DNA of 64,000 nt from Planctomycetota bacterium (GCA_965223265.1 OZ244999.1:3488001-3552000); one strand, 5' to 3'; positions 19,820-30,194 are shown, numbered from the stretch's first letter. Translations and numbers: made by a program. Notes: a model not told the origin generated them from the letters alone.

Positions 19820-22800
19820 ATGCGACTCCACGTTGTGTTCGCCGCGGCGATTTCTTGTCTCATATTGACGTTTTTCGGTTGTAGTGGCGGTGGTGGCGGC
19901 GGCGGGGGGAACAGTGTCGTCGCTGTGCCTCGGGCCGGGCTCGTGAAGGTCGAGGAGCTGACAGCGCCTGACATCGAGATCGCAGCGGGGTCCGATTTGA
20001 TTGTCGCGGGCACCGGGATGGTGACGCAGCCCGCCACTCTGAGCATCTCGATCCCCCAGAACGTTGAAGTGAAGCAAGCCCTTCTCTACTGGCAAGGGCG
20101 CGGTCAGTCTGTAGGCGCTGACACCATCGTCGTCGATGGCCAAGAGATTCAGGGTGAGTTGATCGGGGAAACGGACCCTGCTCTGGACCCACCAAGCCTC
20201 GCCTTTCGTGCTGACGTGACGTCCTTAGGGCTTGTGAGCTCAGGCAGCAACGAGCTGACGCTTGAAGGCGTCGATTTCACCCTGAGAACCGACGGTGCGG
20301 CGCTCTTGGTGATTGTCGACGACGGCGTTGGTACAGCGGACATTCAGATCCGCGACGGCATGGACTTCGCCTTCATTCGCGCTCCAGGCGCGGCCAACGT
20401 GACGACGCCGCAAGAATTCATTCTCCCGGGCGTTGAAGACGATCGCAGCGCAGAGATCATTGTCATCATCGGCGACGGAACCCCTGATCGGCCGGACGAA
20501 CTTGAGCTCACACTCAATCAGTCCACGACCGTCCTGTGCAACGAAGCGCGCGGGCGTGAGGGTGCGGAGCTCGACATCATCCGTATCCCGGTTGAGCTGG
20601 GGGCGTCTCCCACGACCGCGACGCTCGAGCTCTTTTCGCGTGAATGCGGCGGGGGTGTCCCCGCGGGCCTACCTGACTCCATCAGTTGGTTCGTCGGCGC
20701 GGTCATCATACCGCCACCGCCCGTGCCTCCGAGCGTCGTAGGTGACACGGTCTTCTGCGATGCCAACAACAACGGTTCGCAGGAGGAGAGCGAAGAAGGA
20801 ATCGCTGGCGTCACCGTGGAACTTCGCTGCGCCGGCGAAGACCAGACGATCGGAACGGAGGATGACCTGGTCGCGACGCAGGTGACGGATGCAAGCGGCA
20901 AGTATCTCTTCGAGAACGTTCCTCCTGGACTGTGCGAGGTCATCGCTGACGCCTCGACGGCCCCTGGCAACAAAGTCCCCGGGGACAACTGCCCCGACTC
21001 TTTCGGCATCTCGCTCGCCGCCGGAGAGAGTTTTCTCGACGCCGACTTTTGCTTCAAGTTCCGCCCAGGTGAGGTCGGTGACACCGTCTACTGCGATCTG
21101 AACGACAGCGGTACGCAAGAGGACGGCGAGCCAGGCGTTCCTGGTGTCGAAGTCGAGCTCGTCTGTGCTCTCGCTGACGGCGGACAGTTCACCGATTCAA
21201 CGACGACGGACGCCAGTGGTCTTTACCTCTTTTCGGAGGTGCCGCCGGCGGAGTGCGAGGTCTCCATCGACCCGAACGCCGTACCGGATAAGGAGCTTGG
21301 TCGCTGTCCCGCGAGTTTCCGCGTCACTGTCGAGCCAGGCGGCCGCGTCCTCGACGCCGACTTCTGCTTGCGTCAAGTCAACGCTTCGGTCGGTGATCTC
21401 GTCTACTGTGACGTCAACAACAACGGCGCCCATGATGAAGATGAGCCTGGCATCGAAGGCGTCGAAGTGATGATCGCGTGCGCGGGGACGGACGGGACTC
21501 TCGGCACTGATGACGATTTCATGGCGACGACAACGACGGCAGCCGACGGGAGCTACCTCTTCGAGGACGTTCCGCCGGGTGTTTGTCAGGTCTCGGTTCC
21601 GAGTCGCAATCCCCCGGATGGGAAGGTCGTGGGCGAGTGCCCGACTGAGATCACGGTCCAGCTGAAGCCGCTCCAAGCCGAGCGCGGTGTCGACTTCTGC
21701 TACGCCAATCCGAGTCCCGGAGAGATCGGTGATCTGGTCTTCTGCGACAAGAACGGCGATGGGGCACTCGACCCGGGTGAGCCTGGCATCGGTGGAGTCA
21801 CCATCAATCTGCGCTGCGCCGGCGAGGACGGTGCGCTGGACACGGAAGACGATCTCGTCGCATCAACGGAGACTGACGGCGAAGGTAAGTATCTGTTCGC
21901 GGATCTTGATGCCGATCTTTGCGTCGTCACAGTCGACGTGGAGACTGCGCCCGAGGAGAAGACTCTCGGAGCATGCCCAACGCAGCATGAAGTTGAGCTC
22001 ACTGCCGGTGGTTCGATTCTCGACGCAGACTTCTGTTTCGAGAATCAAGACGGTGAAATCGGTGACACTGTTTTCTGCGACCTCAACAATAACGGCACGC
22101 AGGAGGAGGGCGAACCTGGCATCGCGGGCGTTCGCGTCGACCTGAAGTGCGTGGGAGCCGATGGCTCTGAATTGTCTGATTCCATCGAGACCGACGAAAG
22201 TGGGCAGTACTTGTTCACGGATCTACCGGCCCTCAGCGAGTGCGTGGTAGCGGTCGACATCGAGTCTCCCGCTCTCGAAGGCAAGAGCCCTGGCGAGTGC
22301 CCGACGACGCACGAAGTCGTCTTGCAGCCCGCTCAGTCCTATCTCGTGGCAGATTTTTGCTTTGTCTCGCCGGGAAGCATCGGCGATACGGTCTTCTGCG
22401 ATGACAACGACGATGGGGTTCAAGACGAAGGTGAAGCCGGCATTGCCGGAGTGACTGTCCGCCTCACATGCAGTGGCGCTGACGGGATCATCGGCAGCGA
22501 AGATGATGTCGAGCGGTCGACGACGACTGACGAAGACGGTAAGTACCTCTTCGACGGTCTAGAAGCCGATCTCTGCGACGTCGATGTCGACGCAACGACC
22601 GTTGACGGAAAAACTCCGGGCCGGTGTTCAACGACCTTCATGGTCGACCTGGAACCAGGCCAGTCGTTCCTCGACGCCGACTTCTGCTTCGTTGCCAAGG
22701 AGCTCGCCGGCTGCACGCCTGGGTTCTGGAAGCAAGAACACCACTTCCCGGCGTGGCGCGATCCGTACACCCCGGACACACTCTTCTCTGACGTCTTCGA

Positions 22801-23053
22801 CGACGCGTTCCCCGGCATGACCTTGCTCGAGGTCCTTCGACAAGGTGGCGGCGGACTGATCGCTCTTGGGCGTCACACCGTGGCGGCACTCCTCAACGGC
22901 GCCAACGAAGATGTCAACTACGGCATCAGTGACGCGGATGTCATTGAGCTGTTCAACGATGTCTACCCCGGTGAGAAGGCGGACTACGAAGCCCTCAAAA
23001 ACGATCTCGTGAGCCGCAACGAGCGCGGCTGCACGACGAACGGGAAGCAGTAG
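19820..23053 (+). CDS. Surface lipoprotein with six Cys-rich SdrD B-like (Cna-B) repeats and C-terminal GCTPGFWK domain
   Basis: Lipobox-like FFGC followed by poly-Gly; six (V/I)GD.V(F/Y)CD.N..G...E.G..GV repeats ending D(A)DFC. Confidence 0.85.
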   Translation: MRLHVVFAAAISCLILTFFGCSGGGGGGGGNSVVAVPRAGLVKVEELTAPDIEIAAGSDLIVAGTGMVTQPATLSISIPQNVEVKQALLYWQGRGQSVGADTIVVDGQEIQGELIGETDPALDPPSLAFRADVTSLGLVSSGSNELTLEGVDFTLRTDGAALLVIVDDGVGTADIQIRDGMDFAFIRAPGAANVTTPQEFILPGVEDDRSAEIIVIIGDGTPDRPDELELTLNQSTTVLCNEARGREGAELDIIRIPVELGASPTTATLELFSRECGGGVPAGLPDSISWFVGAVIIPPPPVPPSVVGDTVFCDANNNGSQEESEEGIAGVTVELRCAGEDQTIGTEDDLVATQVTDASGKYLFENVPPGLCEVIADASTAPGNKVPGDNCPDSFGISLAAGESFLDADFCFKFRPGEVGDTVYCDLNDSGTQEDGEPGVPGVEVELVCALADGGQFTDSTTTDASGLYLFSEVPPAECEVSIDPNAVPDKELGRCPASFRVTVEPGGRVLDADFCLRQVNASVGDLVYCDVNNNGAHDEDEPGIEGVEVMIACAGTDGTLGTDDDFMATTTTAADGSYLFEDVPPGVCQVSVPSRNPPDGKVVGECPTEITVQLKPLQAERGVDFCYANPSPGEIGDLVFCDKNGDGALDPGEPGIGGVTINLRCAGEDGALDTEDDLVASTETDGEGKYLFADLDADLCVVTVDVETAPEEKTLGACPTQHEVELTAGGSILDADFCFENQDGEIGDTVFCDLNNNGTQEEGEPGIAGVRVDLKCVGADGSELSDSIETDESGQYLFTDLPALSECVVAVDIESPALEGKSPGECPTTHEVVLQPAQSYLVADFCFVSPGSIGDTVFCDDNDDGVQDEGEAGIAGVTVRLTCSGADGIIGSEDDVERSTTTDEDGKYLFDGLEADLCDVDVDATTVDGKTPGRCSTTFMVDLEPGQSFLDADFCFVAKELAGCTPGFWKQEHHFPAWRDPYTPDTLFSDVFDDAFPGMTLLEVLRQGGGGLIALGRHTVAALLNGANEDVNYGISDADVIELFNDVYPGEKADYEALKNDLVSRNERGCTTNGKQ

Positions 23054-23075
23054 GCGTCTCAGTCGATCTGTAGGG

Positions 23076-23120
23076 CGGCTGCACGGCCTCGTGCGCTTCG
23101 CACGTAGGGCCGCGCAGCCG
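23076..23120 (+). terminator. Imperfect GC-rich hairpin after SdrD-like gene (terminator or REP-like)
   Basis: CGGCTGCACGGCCTCGTGCG...GCACGTAGGGCCGCGCAGCCG, preceded by GTAG. Confidence 0.45.
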
Positions 23121-23449
23121 TCCATTCGTCGTCTGGCCAAGACCTAGAGCGTGCAGACCTGCCGGATGCCCTCCCTCCTCCTTTGACCAGCCCAGCGTTG
23201 TTCGCTTTTCGGCGGGGTCGCGTTAGTTGACGCGCTGATACTCACCGCCGTTGTGCTGAGCAAGGTCTTGGAGAAATCGCTCACCGCGACCGGTTTGAAC
23301 GTTGACGCCAACGGTAAAGATTCGGACTCGATTCTGATTCGCTTCAGTGATCTGCTCTACGAGTGTCGACTCGTCGAAGCAAAGGGTCGTCGGTGCCTTA
23401 GAAGGGAATCACCTGCGTGGTTCGAAGCGCTGAGTCGAGCGCAGGTTAG

Positions 23450-23628
23450 CAGCCCGTTGAAAAAGTGCTTCGAGTTAAAAACTGGTCGCTTCGCGTCCAG
23501 ATCGGCCGCGGCGAACGCAGGTAATCTCCGAGCCCTCTTCTATAAGATATACACGGCGAGGCTCGCCGCGGCTGATCTGGGCGTGAAGAGGCCGGTTTCT
23601 CAGCCGAATGACTTTTTCAGGCGGGCTG
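23450..23628 (+). mobile_element. MITE-A copy 1 (long imperfect palindrome, TIR CAGCCCGTTGAAAAAG)
   Basis: Homologous to copies at 27489 and 57149; flanked by GTTAG on both sides; the Rieske gene stop codon lies in the right flank. Confidence 0.85.
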
Positions 23629-23629
23629 G

Positions 23630-24706
23630 TTAGGCCAGAAACTCAAGCCGCTTCTCCAGCGGCGCCTCATCGCTCGTCTCGGGCACGTAGCCGCCTTCGG
23701 CTCGCTTGAGGAGCCACCAGATATGATTGCCAAGGAGGTCGATTTCGGTGGAGGCGAACTGCTCTCCGCCGAAGCGCTCGATGCAGTCGGTCTGCGCCGT
23801 GAGGATGTCCGCGTCTTGCCTGAGGATCTTGCGCGCCATGGGTGCGAGGAGCGGACGTACGACTGCACTTGGCAGGCGCACGCGAAAACTGACCACTGAA
23901 TGAAGGCGCGTTTGAAAATCTGTCACGGGAGTCATGAGAGCGTTAACGACGATGTGATTCTCGGGTCCGAGACGATACTCGACCTGCGCCATGGAAGGCA
24001 GAATGAAGCGATCCCAATGCTCGACGACACCCCCGCTCGGCGACAGGACCTTACCCGCAATCCCTGGAGGACGCGGTTCGCCTTCAAATTGCGCCTCGCA
24101 CCGATCGTGCCAGCGGCGCACCGTGACACGGATCGCATTTTGCTTTCCGCCGCGGAAAAACCCCTTATGGAGAAACGCAGTGTGGGGCACGTCGAGGGTG
24201 TTTTCAATCGCTGCGTGCAGCGAAGCGCGGAGATCGAAGCGCTGAACGAACGTTGTGTATCCGGGGGCGCTTCGCAGCGGTAGGGACGGCGGTTCGAGAC
24301 GCGGTGGAGTGCTCGGGTCGGCGTAGATCCACACGAGTCCGTCTTGCTCGCAGGTTGGGAAAGCAGTGACCCGCGCCGCTTTCGCAGGCAGCTCGCCCTG
24401 CAACCCGGGGACGGCCGTGCAATCACCGTTGCCGGCGAACCGCCATCCGTGATAGCAACACTCCAGGCAGCCGTCGACGACGCGCCCCGACGAGAGCGGG
24501 ACGTTGCGGTGCGGGCAGCGATCGAGCACGGTGGACGCGTTGCCGTCAGCATCTCGGAAAAGCGCGACTGGCGTTCCGAGCACGACGCGTTCGATGGGGC
24601 GCTGGCGCAGCTCCTTCGATTGGCAGGCGACATACCAGTAGCGCGGCAACTTGGCAACGGAGAGGTGTCCTTTGGTAGGTGGTGGGCTGAGTCGGTTTTG
24701 GTCCAT
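23630..24706 (-). CDS. Rieske non-heme iron oxygenase alpha subunit (VanA-like)
   Basis: DRCPHR and CCYHGW Rieske ligands; ENTLDVPHTAFLH mononuclear Fe site; QDADIL. Confidence 0.9.
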   Translation of the reverse strand: MDQNRLSPPPTKGHLSVAKLPRYWYVACQSKELRQRPIERVVLGTPVALFRDADGNASTVLDRCPHRNVPLSSGRVVDGCLECCYHGWRFAGNGDCTAVPGLQGELPAKAARVTAFPTCEQDGLVWIYADPSTPPRLEPPSLPLRSAPGYTTFVQRFDLRASLHAAIENTLDVPHTAFLHKGFFRGGKQNAIRVTVRRWHDRCEAQFEGEPRPPGIAGKVLSPSGGVVEHWDRFILPSMAQVEYRLGPENHIVVNALMTPVTDFQTRLHSVVSFRVRLPSAVVRPLLAPMARKILRQDADILTAQTDCIERFGGEQFASTEIDLLGNHIWWLLKRAEGGYVPETSDEAPLEKRLEFLA

Positions 24707-24719
24707 CGTTCGTCGAGCC

Positions 24720-25577
24720 TCAACCGCCATCGTCCGCGGCGGTCGACAGCCTCCAGTGTCCAAGATGTGAAAGAACCGCTTTTGAGATGTCTCGCGCCTT
24801 CGGCCCCCAAGTGTCCTTGCGCTGCCCGCGAATCAGCGTCGCGAAGACGAACTCGCGGTCGACCGTCTTGAGGTGGCCGACGAACCAGCCGAGGCGCTGA
24901 CCTTCGCCGCTGACACCGCTACCGGTCTTGCCGCTCAGCACAGCTCCGTTCTCCTTGTCGACGACGAGGATGCGCTTGACGGTTTCGGCGACCTCGGGGG
25001 CGAACGGCAGCTGATCGCGATAGAGCCGCGCAAGAAATGCGACTTGTTCGTCGGGGGAGATCCGGAGGGAGCTCATCAGCCAGAACTTGTCGACTCCGCC
25101 GGTGATGTCGCGATTACCGTAGTCGATCTTGTGCAGTTGCCGCTGCATTTCCTCCGCGCCGATGCGTCCGGCCACGCGCTGGAAATACCAAACGCAGGAG
25201 GCGCGCACCGCGGAGCCCAGTGTGTGGTCTCGTTCCCACGCCGGCACTATCTGCTGAGTACCGTCCCACGTCAGGGTTGTGGTCTCGTCCGCCAAGACTC
25301 CGGTCTGGAGGGCAATCAGCGCGTGCGGAATCTTGAAGGTCGAGCACGGCGGGTAACGATCGTCGCAATGTGGCGCGTTGAAGTACAGTCGTCTTTCCGT
25401 TCGAAGATCGAGGAGGACAAAGCAGCTGTCGAAGCCGTCAAAGTGTGGGCTGAGCTCGAACGCTTCTCGTGCGGCGTCGCCGCCGTCCGTGCAGCACCCG
25501 GTCGGCAGCAGCGCTGCGGCCGCGATCGGCAACCAGCGAAGCGTGTCCAGGAGCCGGTACGATCTCTTCTCTTCCAT
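24720..25577 (-). CDS. Class D beta-lactamase-like (OXA) protein, possible lipoprotein
   Basis: PCSTFKI, SCVWYF, YGN, FWL, GKTGS, GWFVG motifs; LLPTGC possible lipobox. Confidence 0.88.
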   Translation of the reverse strand: MEEKRSYRLLDTLRWLPIAAAALLPTGCCTDGGDAAREAFELSPHFDGFDSCFVLLDLRTERRLYFNAPHCDDRYPPCSTFKIPHALIALQTGVLADETTTLTWDGTQQIVPAWERDHTLGSAVRASCVWYFQRVAGRIGAEEMQRQLHKIDYGNRDITGGVDKFWLMSSLRISPDEQVAFLARLYRDQLPFAPEVAETVKRILVVDKENGAVLSGKTGSGVSGEGQRLGWFVGHLKTVDREFVFATLIRGQRKDTWGPKARDISKAVLSHLGHWRLSTAADDGG

Positions 25578-25750
25578 GGCGACCATTGTACGGAAACCGC
25601 AAGATCCGCAAACGAATCTCTGCTCGTTTCAGTCGCGACCCACGGATACGTCAATGCGCGTGGCACGGCGAGTCAACCCCGTGACCTTTTGGCACCTAGA
25701 GGTTACGCTGTTGCCGCTACAACTCGAAGTGTCATGGAGGAAGACTGACT

Positions 25751-26998
25751 ATGCGTACGGAATCGACACCGATCAGGCAACGGATCCTGGCCATCGCCCT
25801 CGTGGGGATTTCGCTGGCGTGGATCATGGCTTTCAGCGGCTGCAGTACCGACCAGCGCCTCATCATCGAGATCGAGCAACAGTCTGCTCAGCCGTGGACG
25901 CATCTCGAGCTCAACAACGCCGCTGAAAACTTTCAATTCGCTATCGTTGCGGACCGCACCGGCGGGCTGCGCCCAGGAGTCTTCGGCGAAGCGGTGCAAA
26001 AGCTCAACCTTCTGCAGCCCGAGTTCGTCATGAGCATCGGTGACTTGATCCAGGGTGGCACGGAAGATCTGAAACAGCTCGAGATCGAGTGGGATGAATT
26101 TGAAGGGCTCGTCGCTGGACTGGAAATGCCGTTCTTCTACCTACCGGGAAACCACGACATCTCCAACACCGTGATGGAAAAGGTGTGGGCGGAGCGGTTC
26201 GGCCGCACCTACTATCACTTCGTGTATCACGACGTTCTCTTCCTCTGTCTCAACACGGAGGATCCCCCGCCGACGAACCTGAGTGACGCGCAGATCGACT
26301 ACTTCAAGGGCGTCCTCGCCGAAAACACGGACGTGCGTTGGACTTTGGTCTTTCTTCACAAGCCGCTCTGGGCTCGCAGCGAAGACAGCGGTTGGCCCCG
26401 CGTCGAGGAGCTTCTTCAAGGGCGTGATTACACCGTCTTCGCCGGCCACACCCACAAATACGTCAAGTACGAACGCTTTGATCAGCGCTACATCGTGCTA
26501 GCGACGACCGGTGGAAGCAGCCGACTTCGTGGCCGTTCATTTGGCGAGTTCGACCACGTCATGTGGGTGACGATGACTGCCGAAGGGCCTGTGCTGGCCA
26601 ATCTCATGCTCGACGGGATTTGGGATGAGGACGTGCGCACGGAGGATGTCGCTGTTTTGGTCAAAAAGGTGACCGATGGGCGGGCGGTGAGATTCGAACC
26701 GAATCCGACGGCGACATCCCCACGCCTCTTGAAAGTACGGCTCACCAACGACGCGGATCTACCGGCACGCCTCACCCTGAGGTTTCCAGCGCAGCACGGA
26801 GTGACGGTGGCGCCCGAGAGTGTCGAGCAGACGATCTCGCCGAACTCTTTCGAGTTTGTCGAGTTCGCCATCACTCCGGGCGGCGCCGGTGCGCCTATCG
26901 AGGCCGAAAAGCTCCAGCTCGAATACGCGCTCGTGTACGACCTCGACGGCGAATCGGTGGAGGTGCGCGGCACGGCATCGCCGAAGAGGGCGCCATAG
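25751..26998 (+). CDS. Calcineurin-like metallophosphoesterase lipoprotein
   Basis: ADRTGG, IGDLIQG, PGNHD, FLHKP, FAGHTH; FSGC lipobox. Confidence 0.88.
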   Translation: MRTESTPIRQRILAIALVGISLAWIMAFSGCSTDQRLIIEIEQQSAQPWTHLELNNAAENFQFAIVADRTGGLRPGVFGEAVQKLNLLQPEFVMSIGDLIQGGTEDLKQLEIEWDEFEGLVAGLEMPFFYLPGNHDISNTVMEKVWAERFGRTYYHFVYHDVLFLCLNTEDPPPTNLSDAQIDYFKGVLAENTDVRWTLVFLHKPLWARSEDSGWPRVEELLQGRDYTVFAGHTHKYVKYERFDQRYIVLATTGGSSRLRGRSFGEFDHVMWVTMTAEGPVLANLMLDGIWDEDVRTEDVAVLVKKVTDGRAVRFEPNPTATSPRLLKVRLTNDADLPARLTLRFPAQHGVTVAPESVEQTISPNSFEFVEFAITPGGAGAPIEAEKLQLEYALVYDLDGESVEVRGTASPKRAP

Positions 26999-27033
26999 CA
27001 TGGCCTGTCAACTAAGAACTCTGTGTCCGTCCG

Positions 27034-27218
27034 GGGCTCGCTCAGCAACGGCAAACGGCGTTCGCCTACGATTGCGGACGCGCACAAGAGATCTTCACAA
27101 CACCGAAGCTCTTGCTCTTTGCTCTTCAACTTCATAGTAGCAGGCACACGCCGTGTGCCGTTCGGGCTCGCTCAGCAACGGCAAACGGCGTTCGCCTACG
27201 ATTGCGGACGCGCACAAG
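27034..27218. repeat. REP cluster (BIME/REPIN-like): 55-bp direct repeat x2 around a GTAG REP
   Basis: Identical 27034-27088 and 27164-27218 (contain reverse complement of GTAG-GCGAAC-GCC-GTTTGCC); REP GTAGCAGGCACACGCCGTGTGCCGT at 27137-27161. Confidence 0.85.
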
Positions 27219-27488
27219 GGGGATTCTTAGCTCCAGGGCTCGAGGCATTTGGGTTATTGGTCTCCGCAACACCGCGGAGGCACGCCTGATGGCCTGACTG
27301 ATACAGAAGATACTGTCCCGTGCGGAGGCCTCGAGGATTGTCTCTTATGTATTGTTGTATTCTGTAGAATTGCGCCGCCGATCGCACCAGATGGTCGAAG
27401 CTCTCTTCCTGCCAGAAACGCCCTGCCTGCCCGAGCACGTTGTTGATCTTCCTGGCTGTGAACTTCTTCCACGAATAGCATTGCTTAA
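27196..27488 (-). pseudogene. C-terminal half of REP-associated tyrosine transposase (RAYT)
   Basis: KQCYSWKKFTARKINNVLGQAGRFWQEESFDHLVRS...YIRDNP; joins the N-terminal half at TTAA. Confidence 0.88.
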
Positions 27489-27647
27489 CAGCCTGTTGAA
27501 GAAGTGCTTCGAGCCGAAAACTGGTCTCTTCGCGTCCAGATCGGCCGCGGCAAACGCAGGTAATCTCCGAGATTTTCGAGTATTGACGCCGTCGAGCTGG
27601 GCGTGAAGAGGCCGGTTTCTCGGCCGAATGACTTTTTCAACGGGCTG
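27489..27647 (+). mobile_element. MITE-A copy 2 (159 bp)
   Basis: CAGCCTGTTGAAGAAG...CTTTTTCAACGGGCTG; flanks TTAA / CTAG. Confidence 0.88.
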
Positions 27648-27663
27648 CTAGCTCGAGTTTGGC

Positions 27664-29651
27664 GTACGCCGTGAAAAGGCACGAATCCTCAGTGGGTGAG
27701 AATCCCACCCGGCAACTGGTCGCTCCAGCCGGTAGCACCCGGAGCGACGGAGGGAGGTAACGACCTACGTCGAAGTACTTCAGGAAAAGGGTCGCTGGGC
27801 GACCCAGCGAGCACGCAGGCCGTAACGTGAGTGAACGCCGAGCAGGCCTCGAAAGAGTCAATGCAGGAGCCGACCCTCCGCTAAACAGGGGAAGGCTGCC
27901 AACCAATGGACGAGAAGAGCGACAGCATCCAATGGTTCCTGCCGGGGTAGTGGCGATGGCATGCGTGCCAACGGAGATTCGATGCAACACGGGAAACCCC
28001 GACGGTGGCGCGGCGTGAGCGCCAAACCGGAGCTCCGCGAGGAGCCGGCCGGGCCGTCCGGGGCGGCGGATAGGCCCGTAGTACCGCAGACGCCGGGTAA
28101 TGCCGGTTGAGGGAAGGGGCCTTAGTTCAAGGTTAACGTCAGAAGCCATGAGAGCCGGGAGATTGGCATGAGCCTACCAACCCCACCAAAGGTTCGGACG
28201 CTGCAGGCGGCGTTACATACCAAAGCGAAGGAATCGCCCAACTTTCATTTCTATGCCCTCTACGACAAGGTGTATCGACCGGACGTTCTCGAACACGCCT
28301 ACCGCTGCTGCCGTGCCAACGGTGGAGCCACAGGAGTGGACGGCGAGCGTTTCGAAGACATCGAGAGAGAAGGTCTCGAACGGTGGTTGGACGAACTGAC
28401 GAAGGAGCTCAAAGAGAAGAGGTATCGTCCGCAAGCGGTTCGCCGGGTGTATATTCCGAAGGCGAATGGTAAGCAGCGGCCGTTGGGTATCCCAACGATC
28501 CGCGACCGTGTCGTGCAGACGGCAGCCGTGCTGATCCTCGAAGCGATATTCGAGGCAGACCTGCAGCCGGAGCAGTACGCCTACCGTCCCAACCGTAGCG
28601 CTTTGGAGGCCATAGGCAAGATCCACTCGCTACTGAATACTGGCCACACAGAGGTCATCGACGCAGACTTAAGCGGCTACTTCGACACGATCCCACACAC
28701 CGAGCTCATGAAATCGGTGGCACGTCGCATCAGTGATAAACAGGTACTGCATCTGATCAAGATGTGGCTTGTCGCGCCGGTAGAAGAGACGGACGAGCGG
28801 GGTCGAAAACATCGAACGACGCGCAATAAGGACGAGGGCCGGGGCTGTCCGCAAGGCGCTCCGATCTCACCGCTGCTTAGTAACCTCTACATGCGACGAT
28901 TCATCGTGGGTTGGAAGGTGCTCGGGTACCAAAGGCGCTTGCGCGCCCGAATTGTCAACTACGCCGACGACTTCGTGATCTGCTGTCGCGACAGTGCCGA
29001 CGAGGCCATGCGCGTGATGAGGAACATGATGCAACGGCTGAAGCTGACGGTGAACGAGTCAAAGACACGTCAATGCAGCGTCCCGGACGAAACGTTCGAC
29101 TTTCTGGGCTACACGCTGGGAAGGTGCTGGTCGCCTAAGACGGGTCGAGCCTACATCGGCACACGCCCGTCCAAGAAGAAGGTCGTGGGGCTTTGCCGCA
29201 CGATTAGTGAAAAGACCAGCCGTCGCTGGAGTGCCCGCGACGCCAAGGAGCTCGTAGCTGAACTCAACCGAACCATGATCGGATGGGCCAACTACTTCCG
29301 CCTTGGGCCTGTTAGCAAGGCCTATGCCACCGTGGATTTCCACGCCGGCAACCGGCTGCGTCAGTGGTTGTGCCGTAAACACAAAGTGCCGAGTCGAGGA
29401 ACGTCACGATTTCCCGACACATACCTGCACCGCGTACTCGGTCTAGTCCGACTCACTGAACGGACGCGCAACTTTCCGTGGGCGAAAGTATGAACCTTGT
29501 CCGAAAGCCGGATGCGGGAAAACCGCACGTCCGGTTTGATGAGCGGGAGGTGGAAACAGGGCACGGTCTGAGGCTATTTGGCACCGGCAGACGAAAGAGC
29601 CGGAAACGGAAAGTCCTTGGCCTAAACCACTGCGCCACCTCTCGACTCTAC
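27664..29651 (+). mobile_element. Group II intron (IIB-like, RT without endonuclease domain)
   Basis: 5' GTACG; EBS1 GCTAAAC 27880-27886 pairs with exon GTTTGGC; domain V AAGCCGGATGCGGGAAAACCGCACGTCCGGTTT ~29505-29537; 3' end CTCGACTCTAC. Confidence 0.92.
28168..29493 (+). CDS. ltrA: Group II intron reverse transcriptase/maturase
   Basis: GVDG, RRVYIPKANGKQRPLGIPTIRDRVVQ, DADLSGYFDTIPH, GCPQGAPISPLLSNLY, NYADDFVI, FDFLGY, GWANYF; no HNH. Confidence 0.96.
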   Translation: MSLPTPPKVRTLQAALHTKAKESPNFHFYALYDKVYRPDVLEHAYRCCRANGGATGVDGERFEDIEREGLERWLDELTKELKEKRYRPQAVRRVYIPKANGKQRPLGIPTIRDRVVQTAAVLILEAIFEADLQPEQYAYRPNRSALEAIGKIHSLLNTGHTEVIDADLSGYFDTIPHTELMKSVARRISDKQVLHLIKMWLVAPVEETDERGRKHRTTRNKDEGRGCPQGAPISPLLSNLYMRRFIVGWKVLGYQRRLRARIVNYADDFVICCRDSADEAMRVMRNMMQRLKLTVNESKTRQCSVPDETFDFLGYTLGRCWSPKTGRAYIGTRPSKKKVVGLCRTISEKTSRRWSARDAKELVAELNRTMIGWANYFRLGPVSKAYATVDFHAGNRLRQWLCRKHKVPSRGTSRFPDTYLHRVLGLVRLTERTRNFPWAKV

Positions 29652-30194
29652 CGATTCGCGCCGGCCTGGCCGGACGAGTTTCGCGGGGATTCAAAGGCCC
29701 TTTCAACTTTTTTGTACCTTGAAAGCCCTTGTGCATGTTCAATAACTCCTGTCCGGCCCTTCGGGGAACGCCAGGAGCGCCGATGCCCGCGCCCGAGTCG
29801 TTCCTTGGCCTCGACGCTCCTGGCGCTGGCAGGCTCGACGCGAAATGGCCAAACTGGATGAGGATTTGGGCGAGCGAAGCCGAGTCCAAATCCTGAGTTC
29901 AAGGAGCCTCGCGGCTCCTCGTTGGCCGCAGGAGCGACCGTCGGACGTGATGGGAAACGCTTCGATTTGACGGCGAGGTCAGAGGGAGAGGCAGCGGCGA
30001 TAAGGCTCACGCGAGGGAGCCCCAGGAGCGGAATCAACCGCGTGAACGGTGTCTGCGACGTGCTGAGCGCACCGAATCTCGCGTTGGCAGTCGCGCTGGT
30101 CACTGTGGGAGCAGACCGGGGGCGCCCCGCCGTTGGCATGGCGGGTTTTCGGGCGCAGTGGGTCGTTCGGTGGGAGAGTGTTCACGGTGTCTTT

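Noticed and set aside
23253-23633. 126-aa ORF, and similar ORFs at 27352, 27485 and 57138
   Set aside because: Translations of MITE-A sequence, not independent genes
24720-25577. OXA-like gene as target of the BlaI/BlaR1 pair
   Set aside because: 24 kb away, no TACAnnTGTA box noticed upstream, and the sensor has no penicillin-binding domain
27034-27218. Mini CRISPR array
   Set aside because: Only two 55-bp copies, no cas genes; explained as RAYT-associated REPs
28021-28027. GCCAAAC as EBS1 (perfect complement of the 5' exon)
   Set aside because: Lies after AACACGGGAAACCC, i.e. past domain I, and is partly paired in a TGGCGC/GCGCCA stem; GCTAAAC at 27880 is in the expected loop
28168-29493. 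Retron, DGR or CRISPR-associated RT
   Set aside because: Domain X, YADD and flanking ribozyme domains I, V and VI identify an ordinary group II intron protein
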